Of a stretch of 64,000 nucleotides of DNA, positions 28,252 to 41,589 are shown one piece after another. How positions within the stretch are numbered: position 1 is the first letter of the stretch; each line of letters begins with the position of its first letter. The notes beneath the pieces are model-generated. The model had not been told where the DNA came from and did not search any database. It saw only the letters and a program-made list of their open reading frames with translations. Source of the DNA: Octopus vulgaris (taxonomy: Eukaryota); contig OX597824.1 of NCBI GenBank assembly GCA_951406725.2, forward strand, positions 15,500,001-15,564,000. Reading direction: 5' to 3'. Position numbers and translations under genes: made by a program.

Positions 28252-28549
28252 TGGTCTATTTGATTGCTTTATTGTAAAATATTTTTGCTCATTCGTACGT
28301 TTTTTTTCCCCATATTTTATTCCATATAAATTTACTCCTCACATTTTCCCTCTATTTCTTTATCAATTTATCATTCTCTCTCTTCCTTCTTCACCGTCTC
28401 TCTCTCCCTCCCTCCCCCCTCTCTCTCTCTAATCCTTTTTCAATTCATCTGTTCCTTGTATATTTCCAACATCTCACGAATTCATGAACTCCAGATAAAG
28501 AAATTAAACCTTTCTTTGTCTTTGTGCTCGAATTTGTATACACACATAT

Positions 28550-28611
<62 letters not shown>

Positions 28612-28613
<2 letters not shown>

Positions 28614-29600
28614 GCGTGGCTGGGTGGTAAGAAGTTTGCTTCCCAGCCACATGGTTCCGGTTCAGTCCCACTACGTGGCACCTTGGGCTAGTGTCTTCTA
28701 TTATAGCCCTGGGCCGACCCAAGCCTTGTGAATGGATTTGGTAGACGGAAACTGAAGGGACCCTGTGGTATATATATATATACTAGCATTATGACCCGTC
28801 TTTGCCGGGTCATAGTGCTAGTGCATGTATATATGTGTATATATATGTGTACATATTACATGTACATCTATATATATACATCTACACATAAAATACAAAA
28901 TACAAAGTTATATCTTGATATCGCTAGTGATAACAATACTGAAAATATATAACAGACTGGAATTGTAGTACTATTCCATTTCTGCACGCTAATTTTATTT
29001 TTAATCTATTCCCATTCATGTGAAACCACTTATTCAAGTTCAAATCCTTGATGCAATTTTATAACAATTGCTATTTTTACTTTTGTTATGTTACGATTAT
29101 ATTATACTTTAGTCTGATTTTAATTATTACTTACTATATATAATTCAATTGTAATTATTGTTTTTATTGTTAAAGTGAAAGTATCTGACATAAAATAGAG
29201 AAATGTTTTTGTTTCACTTTTAACACGTAATACTGAAATAGTGGAGAAGATATGATATTGCTATGGGCTCGCCCTAGGCAAGAAGTTGAACATTTTTTTG
29301 CCCATGAAACTACATGGACCCTAAGTAAGGCATGTGTAAAATTTGAATGAAATTGGTTGTGTAGTTCTCAAGTTTTAGGGAAACACACAGACAGACAGAC
29401 AGACACACATTCTCAGTTTTATATATATAGAGATATATACACATATGTGTGTGTGTATTTGTGTTCTTTGTTTATCCCCCCCACCATCGCTTGGCAATCG
29501 ATGTTGTTATGCTTACGTCTCCGTAACTTAGCGGTTCGGCAAAAGAAACCGATAGTGTAAATACTAGGTTTACAAAGAATAAGTACTTATTCTATCGGTC
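28612..29600 (+). mobile_element. SINE family A interrupted in its internal (TA)n by a Helitron
   Basis: 5' half at 28612-28782, 3' half resumes after 29434. Confidence 0.82.
28783..29433 (-). mobile_element. Non-autonomous Helitron, 651 bp
   Basis: Minus strand begins A|TCTCTATATATATAAAA with (TCTG)n near the 5' end and ends ...CGGGTCATAATGCTAG|T. Terminal hairpin arms 28782-28798 / 28806-28822. No TSD, A|T insertion. Confidence 0.85.
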
Positions 29601-29896
29601 TCTTTTGCCAAACCATATATATATATAATCATATCAAAGGGAAATGGAATTTAATTAAAATTAAAAACATTTAATTAAAATTTACATATCCAGTAGTCTA
29701 ACGCTTAAAAAAAATTTTAGTCAAAAAGACTATATATTAGTCATACGATATAGTGTATATTTAAACACATACAGAATCCACTTATAGGGATTCTATGCGC
29801 TAGAAAGAACAGCTAAGTTCTATAACCACCAAAAAAATTGGGGATAAAATTCGACAGGAATAAATTTGGAAATGAAAAACATTTACCATCTAGTTT

Positions 29897-29970
29897 CCTG
29901 GACCAATTGGTTTCTAATCATCTTTTAGCGATTCATGGAGAACTCACACGGTCTGATTTTCTTCAGCAGG
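29897..29970 (-). ncRNA. Type I hammerhead-like motif (left-arm copy)
   Basis: Minus strand: CCTG CTGAAGA A AATC ... GATT A GAAA CCAATTGG TC CAGG. Confidence 0.7.
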
Positions 29971-29998
29971 TCCAACCTAGTGCTAAACATAGGTTGGA

Positions 29999-30072
29999 CC
30001 TGCTGAAGAAAATCAAACCTTGTGAGTTCTCCATGACTCGGTAAAAGAAGATTAGAAACCAATTGGTCCAGG
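29999..30072 (+). ncRNA. Type I hammerhead-like motif with palindromic stem III
   Basis: CCTG CTGAAGA A AATC ... GATT A GAAA CCAATTGG TC CAGG. GUC triplet, perfect 10-nt palindrome ACCAATTGGT. Confidence 0.72.
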
Positions 30073-31020
30073 AAACTAGATGGTAAATGCTTTTCATTTC
30101 CAAATTTATTCCTGTCGAATTTTATCCCCAATTTTTTTTTGTGGTTATAGAACTTAGCTGTTCTTTCTAGCGCGTAGAATCCCTATAAGTGGATTCTGTA
30201 TGTGTTTAAATATACACTATATCGTATGACGAAAATATCTATCTATCTATCTATCTATATATATATATATATACATGTATATATATGATTCACAATCAAA
30301 AGTGCAGAAATGGCGTACTCCGAATGAATAAGGTGACGTAATCCAATGGTTAAAGAGAGATCCATGAATCAGGTACTCGAAAACAGTCTGAAGGACGGAG
30401 GTTCCGTGTGAGTTTGCAGTAAATTGTCAATTCAAAAAACAGAAAAAAAAAGAAGGAAAAAACAAACTTTTTCTATAATTCTCTGTTTTTTTAATTGACT
30501 ACGTGTGTGTGTGTGTGTGTGTAGTGCGTGAGTGAAATATTATTAAACGGGTAGCTACAATGATTCAGTTATCTGGAATTTCGTCGCAGTGCCATATTAT
30601 ATGAACGGTCACGGCATAGCAAACCCATAACGTACACATCCAAAACTTAATACCGCAATAGCCCGACGCTATAAGACTTCAATCCAACCACAATTTTCAT
30701 TATGAATAATAACTATTTCTAGCAGAATTATACTTCAGAATTTGTGGAAGAGCTTATTGTAAAGCCCTAAAGATTCTGCTGGCGACCACCAAACAATAAT
30801 GATGATTCTTAGTATTGTTGGCACAAGGCCTGAAATTTTGGAGCAAGGAGAAGATGGTCAGTTACATCTACCCAAGTGCTCAGCTTGTACTTTATTTATC
30901 GATCTCTAAATTGATGAAAGACAACATCGACCTCGCTGGAATTTCATCGCAGGACGCAAACCCAGAAGAAATGCCGTTTATCATTTTGTCTGGCTTACTG
31001 GAAATTCTGACAGCTCGCAT

Positions 31021-31053
<33 letters not shown>

Positions 31054-31065
31054 AAAAACAACAGC

Positions 31066-31104
<39 letters not shown>

Positions 31105-31106
31105 AA

Positions 31107-31490
31107 TGTGTGGTAAGTAGCTGGCTTACAAATCACGTGGTTCCGGGTTCAGTCCCACTGCGTGGCACCTTGGGCAAGTGTAATCTACTATAGCCTCGGG
31201 CCGACCAAAGCCCTGTGAGTAGATTTGGTAGACGGAAACTGAAAGAAGCCTGTCGTATATATATATATATATATATGAGTATGTGTGTGCATATGTTTGT
31301 CCCCCCAACATCGCCTGACAACTGATGCTGGTTGTTTACGGTCCCCGTAACTTAGTGGTTCGGCAAAAGAGAACAATAGAATAAGTACTAGGCTTGCAAA
31401 GAATAAGTCCCGGTGTCGATTTTCTCGACTATAGGCGGTGCTCCAGCATGGCCGCAGTCAAATGACTGAAACAAGTAAAAGAGTAAAAGA
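31107..31490 (+). mobile_element. SINE family A
   Basis: Matches the family consensus. Confidence 0.88.
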
Positions 31491-31504
31491 ATAATAATAA
31501 TAAT

Positions 31505-31722
31505 AATCCTTTCTACTATTGACATAAGGCCTGAAAGTTGGAGGGAGGGGGATAGTTAATTAAATAGAGCCCAGTGCGTAACTGGTACTTTTATAATCGA
31601 CCCCGAAAAGATGAAAGGCAACGTCGACCTGCCGGAATTTGAACTCAGAACGCAAGGGCGGACAAAATGCCGCTAAGTATTTTGTTCTGCGCGGTAACGA
31701 TTCGGCAAGCTGCCCCGCCTTA
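31505..31722 (-). mobile_element. SINE family C
   Basis: Reverse-complement Nin-like core. Confidence 0.75.
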
Positions 31723-32210
31723 ATGGTAACAGTAGTAATGATGATGATGAGGAGGATGAACGGATTGATGAAATATTGCATGAATTGTGTGTGAGTGTGT
31801 GCGTGCGCGTGTGAGTGTGTGTGTGCGCGTGTGAGTGCGCGTGAATGTGTATTTATGTGTGTGTTTGAGATGGAAACCGAATGGAAATGAAATTATATGC
31901 AGTATACGTATCTTCGTGATGTCTCTAATTTAGACGATGGCATCACTGATACAGGGCCCAGCAAAAACTGAAAGAAAGTAGTGTATCCGCTGTTTCAAAG
32001 CAAACGAAGGCAGTGGATCGATTCTCCCAATGGAGACGTCTGGCCCCTTGATTCATTCATACCCGTTAATAAGAGCTATTCCATATAAATCCACAAATCA
32101 ACGCTAACCGGTTACTTAACGAGTGCAAGCAAGACGGCTACATTGCACTGCACAGTGTAAGCATAAAATGGTATTGATAAAAGGTAATAAACTTACTGAC
32201 TTCGACTGTT

Positions 32211-32273
32211 GAAATGTGAGGGGCGTAATTCCTGATGAGCAGTGATATATACGAAACTAGTTGAACACATTTC
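32211..32273 (+). ncRNA. Minimal type I hammerhead-like motif
   Basis: GAAATGTG..TTC CTGATGA G..C GAAA CTAG TT GAA CACATTTC. Palindromic AACTAGTT, bulged stem I with an 8-bp distal helix, weak stem II. Confidence 0.6.
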
Positions 32274-32741
32274 TTTCTTAGCTAACGAAGATTCTATGGT
32301 TTATCAACATGTTATTTCCACAGCTGAAATGAAACTATTGAAATGAACTTATTGAACATATGGTATATGATTTTCATATAAACATTCAGTTATGACAGCG
32401 CTGTGCAGTTAATATCGATCAATCTGACACAAACACACAAACACACACACAAACACACACTCACACACATATACACACAGATATGTATATTGAAAAAGAC
32501 AAAAATGAAACTGAAAGAGGGAGGGAGATAGAAGTTGTATAGGAAAGAGTATGGAATAAATATATTGTGGTCTTAATAGAGTAATATAATCGAAATATGT
32601 TTAAAGTTTAAAACATCTAACTCTAACAATATCCTGCCGAAATAGAAATGCGCACATACGTATATATGTGGTATTCTATATATATATATATATATATATA
32701 TGTTAGCATATCTAATATATATACATATATATATATATATA

Positions 32742-32793
<52 letters not shown>

Positions 32794-32929
32794 TTTATAT
32801 ACAAATACATATTCATAAATACGTATATCTATAATTCATAAGCGACATATACGTCGTATGGGTCTCTGTGTATGTACACTCATGAATATAAATGATAAGC
32901 TGTGTGTATCTACATGTGATATGACTATG

Positions 32930-33007
<78 letters not shown>

Positions 33008-33015
33008 TATGCATG

Positions 33016-33061
<46 letters not shown>

Positions 33062-33461
33062 TGTATGTATATATGTATATATTTATATGTGTGTGCTTGT
33101 GTGTGCGTGCGTGTAACGTAACGTAACTCCGAAGATAATGAAAAACAGACGAAAATAGCAAGAACTAACAAAAATTTTAAGAATGTTTATAATATTTTTT
33201 TGCGTTGTTTTATATCTCAAATCATAAGAAATATAAATACACAATAATAAATTTATTGACATCAGAGTGTAAATTGATTTTCTCAGGATTTCATATATTT
33301 TTTACTTTTTCCTCGTGTTTTTTTTTTCTTTTCTTTTTTTTTCGTAAAGTCTTCATACGTATTTTTGAGGGAATTATGGAAAAATCCAATGCGAATATGC
33401 AAATAAATGCGCGGCAGTTATTTATAAATTTATCAATCTCACAAACGGACCGATAGTGTGC

Positions 33462-33503
<42 letters not shown>

Positions 33504-33930
33504 TAGATGTGTAAGAACATAGGAAGTGCAATTTTAGTTCTTGTAAGAGAGATATTTAATCACTGAGAGTGCACAATCACTCAACAGGGAGTTCGTGCTA
33601 TGACTTTATGTCAATATGAATTATAGGAACCGAAAATAAATCAGCTTGAACCATATTACTTAAAGGAAATACAGAACTATTTGCCATAAGTTGCCTTGAT
33701 GGACGTACAGATATTTTCTTTTTCACTTCGTCAGCCGCTATTGAACTAAAAATAATAAATTGCCCAGCCATTTCAATATCTAGCATTTGTTGAGTTCGTT
33801 AATGGTTGGTAACTAAATTACGACGAATTATGACGAATTAATTGTTGAATATGAATGGAATCCTATGTACTAGGCAAAAAAAAAACTGTTGTTATTATCG
33901 TTTCTGTACACATCTGTTGGTTTGTGTTCT

Positions 33931-34360
33931 TTTATTTGTTTCAGTCATTTCACTGCGGCCATGCTGGAGTACCGCCTTTAGTCGAGCAGTTCGACCCCAG
34001 GGCTTATTCTTTGTAAGCCTAGTACTTATTCTATCGGTCTCTCTTACCGAACCGCTAAGTGACGGGGACGTAAACACACCAGCATCGATTGTCAAGCGAT
34101 GTTGGGGGGACAAACACAGACACACAAACACACACACATACAAACACATATACACACACACACACATACATATACACACACACACATACATACATATATA
34201 CGACGAGCTTCTTTCAGCTTCCGCCTACCAAATCCACTCACAAGGCTTTGGTCGGCCCGAGGCTATCGTAGAAGACATTTGCCCAAGGTGCCACGCTGTG
34301 GGACTGAACCCGGAACCATGTGGTTGGTAAGCAAGCTACTTACCACACAGCCACTCCTGC
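33931..34360 (-). mobile_element. SINE family A
   Basis: Reverse-complement match to the family. Confidence 0.9.
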
Positions 34361-34368
34361 TCAATTAA

Positions 34369-34565
34369 GATTAATAAGTCTCAAGGTCGAACAAGGAAAC
34401 TTTTATGATTATATTTTTCCGGTTCCAGTATTTGTCCATGATCATCTTTACGTGACCATTTCAAGAGTTTGTACTTTTTACCGTATCAAGATCACGATGG
34501 GTGATAAACCAAGATCAAATGAAGAGGTGCACACAAACAATGCCGTAAATTAAGAAGTACTTTAA
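34369..34565 (+). pseudogene. Helitron RepHel (PIF1-type helicase) C-terminal remnant
   Basis: INKSQGRT (motif V), a frameshift, then FPVPVFVHDHLYVTISRV (motif VI-like) ...TNNAVN*EVL*. This matches the RepHel end consensus PVFSHGQLYVALSRV...TxNVVYxEVL. Confidence 0.75.
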
Positions 34566-34667
34566 GAGATGCATGTTTACCTGATAATATATATTTTACG
34601 GTTTCAGTTTTCATGTTTTTTGAAATAACTGACGATTGAATTTAGAAATAACATCATGATTGGTTGG

Positions 34668-35050
34668 TAGGCGCAATGGCCCAGTGGTTAGGGCAGCGGA
34701 CTCGCGGTCATACGATCGCTGTTTAGATTCCCAGACCGGGCGTTGTGAGTGTTTATTGAGCGAAAACACCTAAAAGCTCCACGAGGCTCCGGCAGGGGAT
34801 GGTGGTGATCCCTGCTGTACTCTTTCACCACAACTTTCTCTCATGCTTACTTCCTGTTCCTGTTGTACCTGTATTTCAAGGGGCCGGCCTTGTCACTCTC
34901 TGTGTCACGCTGAATATCCCCCGAGAACTACGTTAAGGGTGCACGTGTCTGTGGAGTGCTCAGCCACTTACACGTTAATTTCACGAGCAGGCTGTTCCGT
35001 TGATACGGATCAACCGGAACCCTCATCGTCGTAACCGACGGAGTGCTTCC
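34668..35050 (+). mobile_element. SINE family B (fourth tail type)
   Basis: Head GGCGCAATGGCCCAGTGGTTAGGGCAGCGGACTCGCGGTC. Confidence 0.88.
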
Positions 35051-36037
35051 AAATACAAGTATACTAATCACGGAAGAAGGAACGAATCAGTCGTATTTCA
35101 TTTTACTGGTAACTAATGTTTGTTTAAGTTTGAGATGATTAAATAATGTTCCTTCATTAGTTATTATTGATCGGGTTCATGCAAACTCTCGTAAGAAGCA
35201 AAACAATTTTATAATTTTTTCCTCTAGACAGCATAGCAAGCGACCGTCTGTTTGCTCAAATGGGAGAATATAATGCGTGACACTTAAGTACATGATAGGG
35301 TCTTTACATCAATTAGACAGGTTCACATAAGATTGAACTATATAACTTTAGTTTATCGAATCGACTCAAAATCTTCAAAGGTTGTCAGTTTAATGAGTTT
35401 AAGCAAATGTCAATGACACAAATAAAAATAATGGAAACCCGAATACACCGGAAATATAAAACATGGAATATTATCATACGTTACCTGTCGGAATGTCGAT
35501 GTTTCGATTTCTGTTCGCCTCATCGCCCGCTGTCGAACTGTTTTAGAAATAACATTACGATTGGTTGGCATTAAAGTAAACTTAAGCACGGACGAAGGAA
35601 CGAATGAGTCGTATTTCATTTTAATGGAAACTAATGTTTGTTTAAGTTTGACAGTGAAAATACAATCAGAAGGGCTCTAGACGTTCAGCCATCAAAGTAT
35701 CGGTGCCACCTAATTGGCGCCACTGATTCGACGTTGACTTACTTGACATCAGGCATTTTAATGTTGCTCTCGCTCGTTTCCCCCGCTTCCCTTCCTTCCA
35801 AGTGTGTGAGCATATTTCTCTTTAAGTATATGAGGAGAGGGAAATTATTCATGTCAATCGTGTACAAATAAGTTTAATAATTTCTCTCTTTCACACGCTC
35901 ATCCCTGCGCTCTCTCTGTCTATCCCGCACTCTCTGTATCTACCCCGCTCTCTCTATACATATATTTACCCCCCCTCTCTCTCTATCTGTCTATCTATCT
36001 ATCTGTCTGCCTGTCTGTCTGTCCGTCCGTCTGTCTG

Positions 36038-36156
<119 letters not shown>

Positions 36157-36197
36157 GTCTGTCTGTATGTCTATCTGTCTATCTATCTATCTATCTT

Positions 36198-36252
<55 letters not shown>

Positions 36253-36373
36253 GCCTGCCTGTCTGCCTGTCTGTCTGTGTGTTCCTCCGTCTGTACATCC
36301 GTCCGTCCGTCCGTCTGTCTATCTATCTGTCTGTCTGTCTGTCTGTCTTTCCGTCCGTCCGTCCGTCCGCCCA

Positions 36374-36406
<33 letters not shown>

Positions 36407-36509
36407 TTATCTATCTATCTGTCTATACCGCTGTCTCTTTATCTACAACGTTCTTTCTCAATCTATCTTGCTCTCTCTCCCTCTCCCGCTCTCTCTCTAT
36501 ATATATTCA

Positions 36510-36561
<52 letters not shown>

Positions 36562-37036
36562 CCGCACTCTCACCCATCTCTATCTCTCTACATGTACGTG
36601 TATATTTCTGCGTGCGCGTATGTGTTTGCCTCCAGTGCCAAAACGTACTTTCACCCAAGCAAGTTCAAAGTCTAGTTAGCCGTGCCAAATCGTCAGCAAT
36701 CAAACAGCCGCGCCAATTCGTCTCATTCCACTTCACAATACTCTACTAATGGAAAAGCTACAAAATATGTCAAGAGCTTTACAGTCGCTAACCGCACATT
36801 ACGCTTTTAGTTCATCCTCCCACCGACTACCCACTGAGTGGTTGTCTCCTCTCACTCACTACATATCAAATTGATTTACGTTTAACATATGGCTATTTGC
36901 ATAGTCTATTTCAAGTGTGTTGTACTTTCGATTGATTTTTATGGCTTCTGTTTTTCTATTTATATTCACTTGTTTACTTTGCGCCTTCAATACACACAGA
37001 CACAAACGTATATATTTTTGTCCATATATGAGATAA

Positions 37037-37077
<41 letters not shown>

Positions 37078-37125
37078 CATATATATTTAAATATATGCAA
37101 ACATATATATATTTATTTAAACAGA

Positions 37126-37180
<55 letters not shown>

Positions 37181-37186
<6 letters not shown>

Positions 37187-37352
37187 ATCCAAACAAGAAA
37201 ATACAAAAAAAAAAAAAAACACAACAACGCGAGGATGTGGAACAAATAAAGTATTATTGGACGCTCAGGAAAGAAGGGAAGAAGGAGGGTTTAACGTTTC
37301 GAGCGGAGCTCTTCGTCGGAAACATAGGAGAAGGAAAGATTCCCAGAAGGGA
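37181..37352 (-). mobile_element. PLE-like end fragment inserted in (TA)n
   Basis: Related to 7600-7745 and 24798-24970, with TA on both sides. Confidence 0.6.
37289..37323 (-). ncRNA. Minimal type I hammerhead-like motif (U4C variant)
   Basis: Minus strand: GTTT CCGACGA A GAGC TCC GCTC GAAA CG TT AAAC. Confidence 0.65.
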
Positions 37353-37595
37353 TATATATATATTAAAGAGATAAGAGGTATATATATATATATATATATA
37401 CACTCACACATGTATATATGTATTTTTGTATGCGTGTGTGCGTGTCTGTGTGTGTATGTGTCTGTGTGTGTGCGTAAGTGTGTGTGCGTAAATAGTGTAA
37501 GCCATTCTTTATTTGGAGTAAAGATTATTTGCCAACATAACATGCTGGATTAGGACGAATGTTGCTGTAATGTTACACATTCAGAACAGAACTTG

Positions 37596-38134
37596 GGCAA
37601 AAGAATGTATCTGGTGGACGCGTCTGAAAGGATTAGAGACAAACACTTTCCTCTCTCATCAACTTCTTCAAGTATCACTTGAAAAGGAAAGTGAGAGTTG
37701 AGAGGCAAGTTTTGTCTGGCGAATGTTTTAAAAAAAGATGGGTGAATGTAGCAAGGATGGCATGTATGAATGACGAAGCCACCTTGAACATAATCCTATG
37801 AACCGGGAAAAATTTAAAACAGAGATTTACTTACTTGCAAATAAATGTGTTAACATGTGACATTAATGACTGAGGTTACCGTGGTCTTTTCCGTATGCTT
37901 TTCTTTCCATGGATAAACCTTATCTGCTTCCCCCTTTACACTTTATATCATGACATTTCTGTGATACACGATCCCTATTGCTCGTTTTTTCCTTTCTTTT
38001 TTTCTTTTTTTCCTTCTTACGATCCCTTTTTATCGAAAACCTACCCCACTTTCTTTTTGCTCCTCAAAAAAGTAAAGCTCTACTTTGTAATTTGTCCCGT
38101 CTGTGTCCAGCCCTGTGTGGCTAATAAAGAAACA
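37596..38134 (+). mobile_element. 3' fragment of a Tx1/L1-like LINE ending in (TATC)n
   Basis: AKECIWWTRLKGLETNTF / LINFFKYHLKRKVRVERQVLSGECFKKRWVNVARMA. T-rich 3' UTR, AATAAA at 38123-38128, then (TATC)n. Confidence 0.65.
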
Positions 38135-38320
38135 TATCTATCTATCTATCTATCTTTGTCATCGACGTGGCTGTTTGGTAAGAAGTTTCCTTCCCAATCA
38201 TTTTGGTCCCGGTTTCAATCCCGCTGTATGGCACCTTGGGCAAGTGTCCTCTACTATAGTCCCGAGCCTACCAAAGCCATGTAACTAGATCTGCGAGGCG
38301 GGAACTGAAAGAAGCCTGCC

Positions 38321-38395
<75 letters not shown>

Positions 38396-38443
38396 CTTAT
38401 CTGTCTGTCTGTCTGTTTGTCTGTTTGTCTGTCTGTCTGACGG

Positions 38444-38544
<101 letters not shown>

Positions 38545-40152
38545 ATGTCTGTCTGTCTACCTATCTATCCCTCCCAACCATATGATTACCTTGTAGCTTT
38601 AAACTATCCTAAATCCTTGTATATAAGAACAAATTTTGACTGGTTGTAGGTTTTGTGATGTCACTTTACTTTGATAAAGTTCTTGCTTTTGTTTTCGTCA
38701 AGTTTAGCGTTCTGCTTGGTTGACTTTCCTGTAGGAACTCAGTCATTAGCTTTTGCCTAATGGTCATCAACTGTTCCGGTTGGTTGATTCCCTAAAGGAG
38801 TCAATTTCCTTTTTCATGAAGACCCCGTTCTGATCGGAGGTAAAATTTCATTGGTCTAGTGAGAAGTAACGTCAGCAACCGGTGTTTGAGAAGATATATG
38901 GTGTTATTGTATAGTAATTTAGAGTTGGGATTTCGAAACCATGGGGTGGGGGAGCCTGTTACTAAAGTTTTCAAATTGTGTTTGCTGCATCTGGTTGCTT
39001 TTTGTGGAAAAATTCAGTCTTTTCTTCTTTCTAGCGTGTTATTAAAGGGTATTTAGTTGCGGTTTGTATCTTTCAATGGGTATGCTTTCCTTATTCAATC
39101 GGAAATGGGTTTCAGTGTTTCCGGTGCATTAATAGGGAGGGAAAATTTGGTATTTCGGGTTTATGTCTGCGGGGCATTGATCTAGTTGTTTGCTTATAAG
39201 AATTTTCCTTGTCGTGCGGTCTCGGATTTGTTGCCTATGTATCGTCAGTCTGTCCCTCGAGGTAAAACTAGTTGGACCTATGTAGTCTCTATCACGAAGC
39301 GCTTCGATGCACAGGTGAAGTGATTTTTTTTATTGTAAAAATTATATGTTGAGCTCTCCAAGAGGAAGATACAAGTCTCGCAGTAAGGGCGGTTGTATTT
39401 TTTTTTTTTTTTTTACTAGTGGGGTTGTAATTTTAGTAGGAAATTTGGCGCTGGTAAGTAACAATTTTAGGGATTGCGGTTATCTGTTACTTTTAATAAG
39501 TTTATGTGTTTCCCGTGCTTTTTTCACTCGCAGATCATTTATAAGGAGGGTATGTTTTGATGTTTACTCTGAGTACCAGTTTCCGCACCAACTCAAGGTT
39601 CCAATTCGACAGTACAAATAGCCGGAAGTTTAGTCTCAGTGTTTCATTGGGAAACCACTTATGTTCTACACTATCGGTACCTACACTGCTATGTTGTTAT
39701 ATATTTACACACACACACACACACACACGCACACATAGACGTGTGTGCATTAGTTATTTCTTTCTTTATTATTATATGAAACAACATATACAAACACACA
39801 CACCAAGATATACATAGGGAAGCCTATATGTGTGTGCATGTGTGTTTGTGGAGTTTCTCATCTCATATTATTTCACAATTGCATCACTTGCCCATCTACC
39901 TAACTACATCTTACTTTCATTTCACTCCATCTCTCTCTCTCTCTCTCTCACACTGCCTCTCTCTACTTCTCTACTTACCCTTTTCGCCATCTATCACAAC
40001 CTCTCTCTCTCTCTCTCTCATTTCTCTCTCATCATCCCTCTGTTTCTTTTGCACCCTCATATATTATCTCATTGCTACATCACTTCTTTATCTCATCCAC
40101 CCACACTCTGTCTCCTTCTCCCCTCTTTTTCATCATTCATTCATTCATTCAT

Positions 40153-40188
<36 letters not shown>

Positions 40189-40529
40189 TCCTTCTCACTT
40201 TAGTCTCCATCCTATCACCCTCACGTGACACCTTCACTATCATCATCAACCACTTCCCACCACCCTCCACGCGGTTTAGACATCATTGGAATACAACTGG
40301 ATATCAAAGTGGCGGCGGGGTTCTCTGACAGAGGGCGCTGTTAAAGTCGGCCATAATGACCCCCAATTAACTAAGAGGGAACGCACACATAACTTACCGC
40401 CCCCTTTTTTGTTTGGTCGATCATATGATTGACACACAGATCTCCCCCTCCTCACACTCCCAGTCATTCACCGTGTCGTTATCGCTGTAGTGACAATAAT
40501 GCTGTTGCCGTTATTCTTGTTGTTGTCAC

Positions 40530-41533
40530 TGTTCTTTTACAGCTGTGTTGTTGTTGTTGTTGTTTGGTTGTTATTGTTGTTATTTCTGTTGTTGTTGTTG
40601 CGTAGTGTTTAGCGATGAAGACTAAATGTCTGATCGTTACTAAGTTCTGTCGTCGTCGATGGTGTTGCGGCCACCACCGCCACCACCACCACCACCACCA
40701 CCACCACCACCACCACCACCACCACCACCACCACCACCACCACCACCACCATCACCATCATCTTCATCTTCATCATCATCATCTTCGACATTATCACTAT
40801 CGTTGTCGTCATCAACCTCATCATGATCATCATTACCACTCACCGTCACCACCATATTCTATCATCACCACCATCGTCATTACCACCCCTCCTCTTCCTC
40901 CTCCTCTTCCTCCTCCTTTTCCTCCTCCTCTTCCTCCTCCTCGTTCCCATCCTCCTCATCTCCTCCTCCTCATCATCATCACCACTGTCATCATCATATT
41001 CCTCCCCCTCCTCCTCCTCCTCCTCCTCATCATCGTCATCATCACCACTGTCATCATCATATTCCTCCTCCTCCTCCTCATCATCATCGTCGTCATCATC
41101 ACCACTGTCATCATCATATTCCTCCCCCTCCTCCTCCTCCTCCTCATCATCATCATCGTCATCGTCATCCTCCCCCTCCTCCTCATCATCATTATCGTCG
41201 TCGTCGTCATTATCATCATCATCATCATCATCATCATCACTATTGTTGTCGCCGGCGTAATCATCATCTCAAAAACAGAAAAAAGGACGATGATCACCAT
41301 CACCATCACCGTCATGACAATCATTAAAAGACCCTGCCATAATCATCACCACCCGTCTCCATGACATTCACTGACGCCATCTTACACTCCTCTGACACTA
41401 CTACTACAACAACTACTACCACTACTAATACAACTACTACTACAACTACTACTACAACTACTACAACTACTACTACTACTACCACCACCACCACTACTAC
41501 TACTACTACTACCATTACTACCACCAACACCAA

Positions 41534-41589
<56 letters not shown>

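Larger units (their letters stand above)
29627..30237. mobile_element. Fold-back PLE-like element: about 240-bp inverted arms with a 10-nt spacer
   Basis: Arms 29740-29979 and 29990-30230. ORFs 29838+ and 29925- are mirror translations. Flanked by (TA)n and (TATC)n. Confidence 0.85.

Noticed and set aside
29838-30131. Two mirror-image 68-aa ORFs
   Set aside because: Consequence of the DNA palindrome, with non-ATG starts
38590-39700. Possible decayed retroelement ORF on the minus strand (RYIG-like string near 39240)
   Set aside because: No continuous frame or convincing motif set by eye; needs tblastn or HMM search
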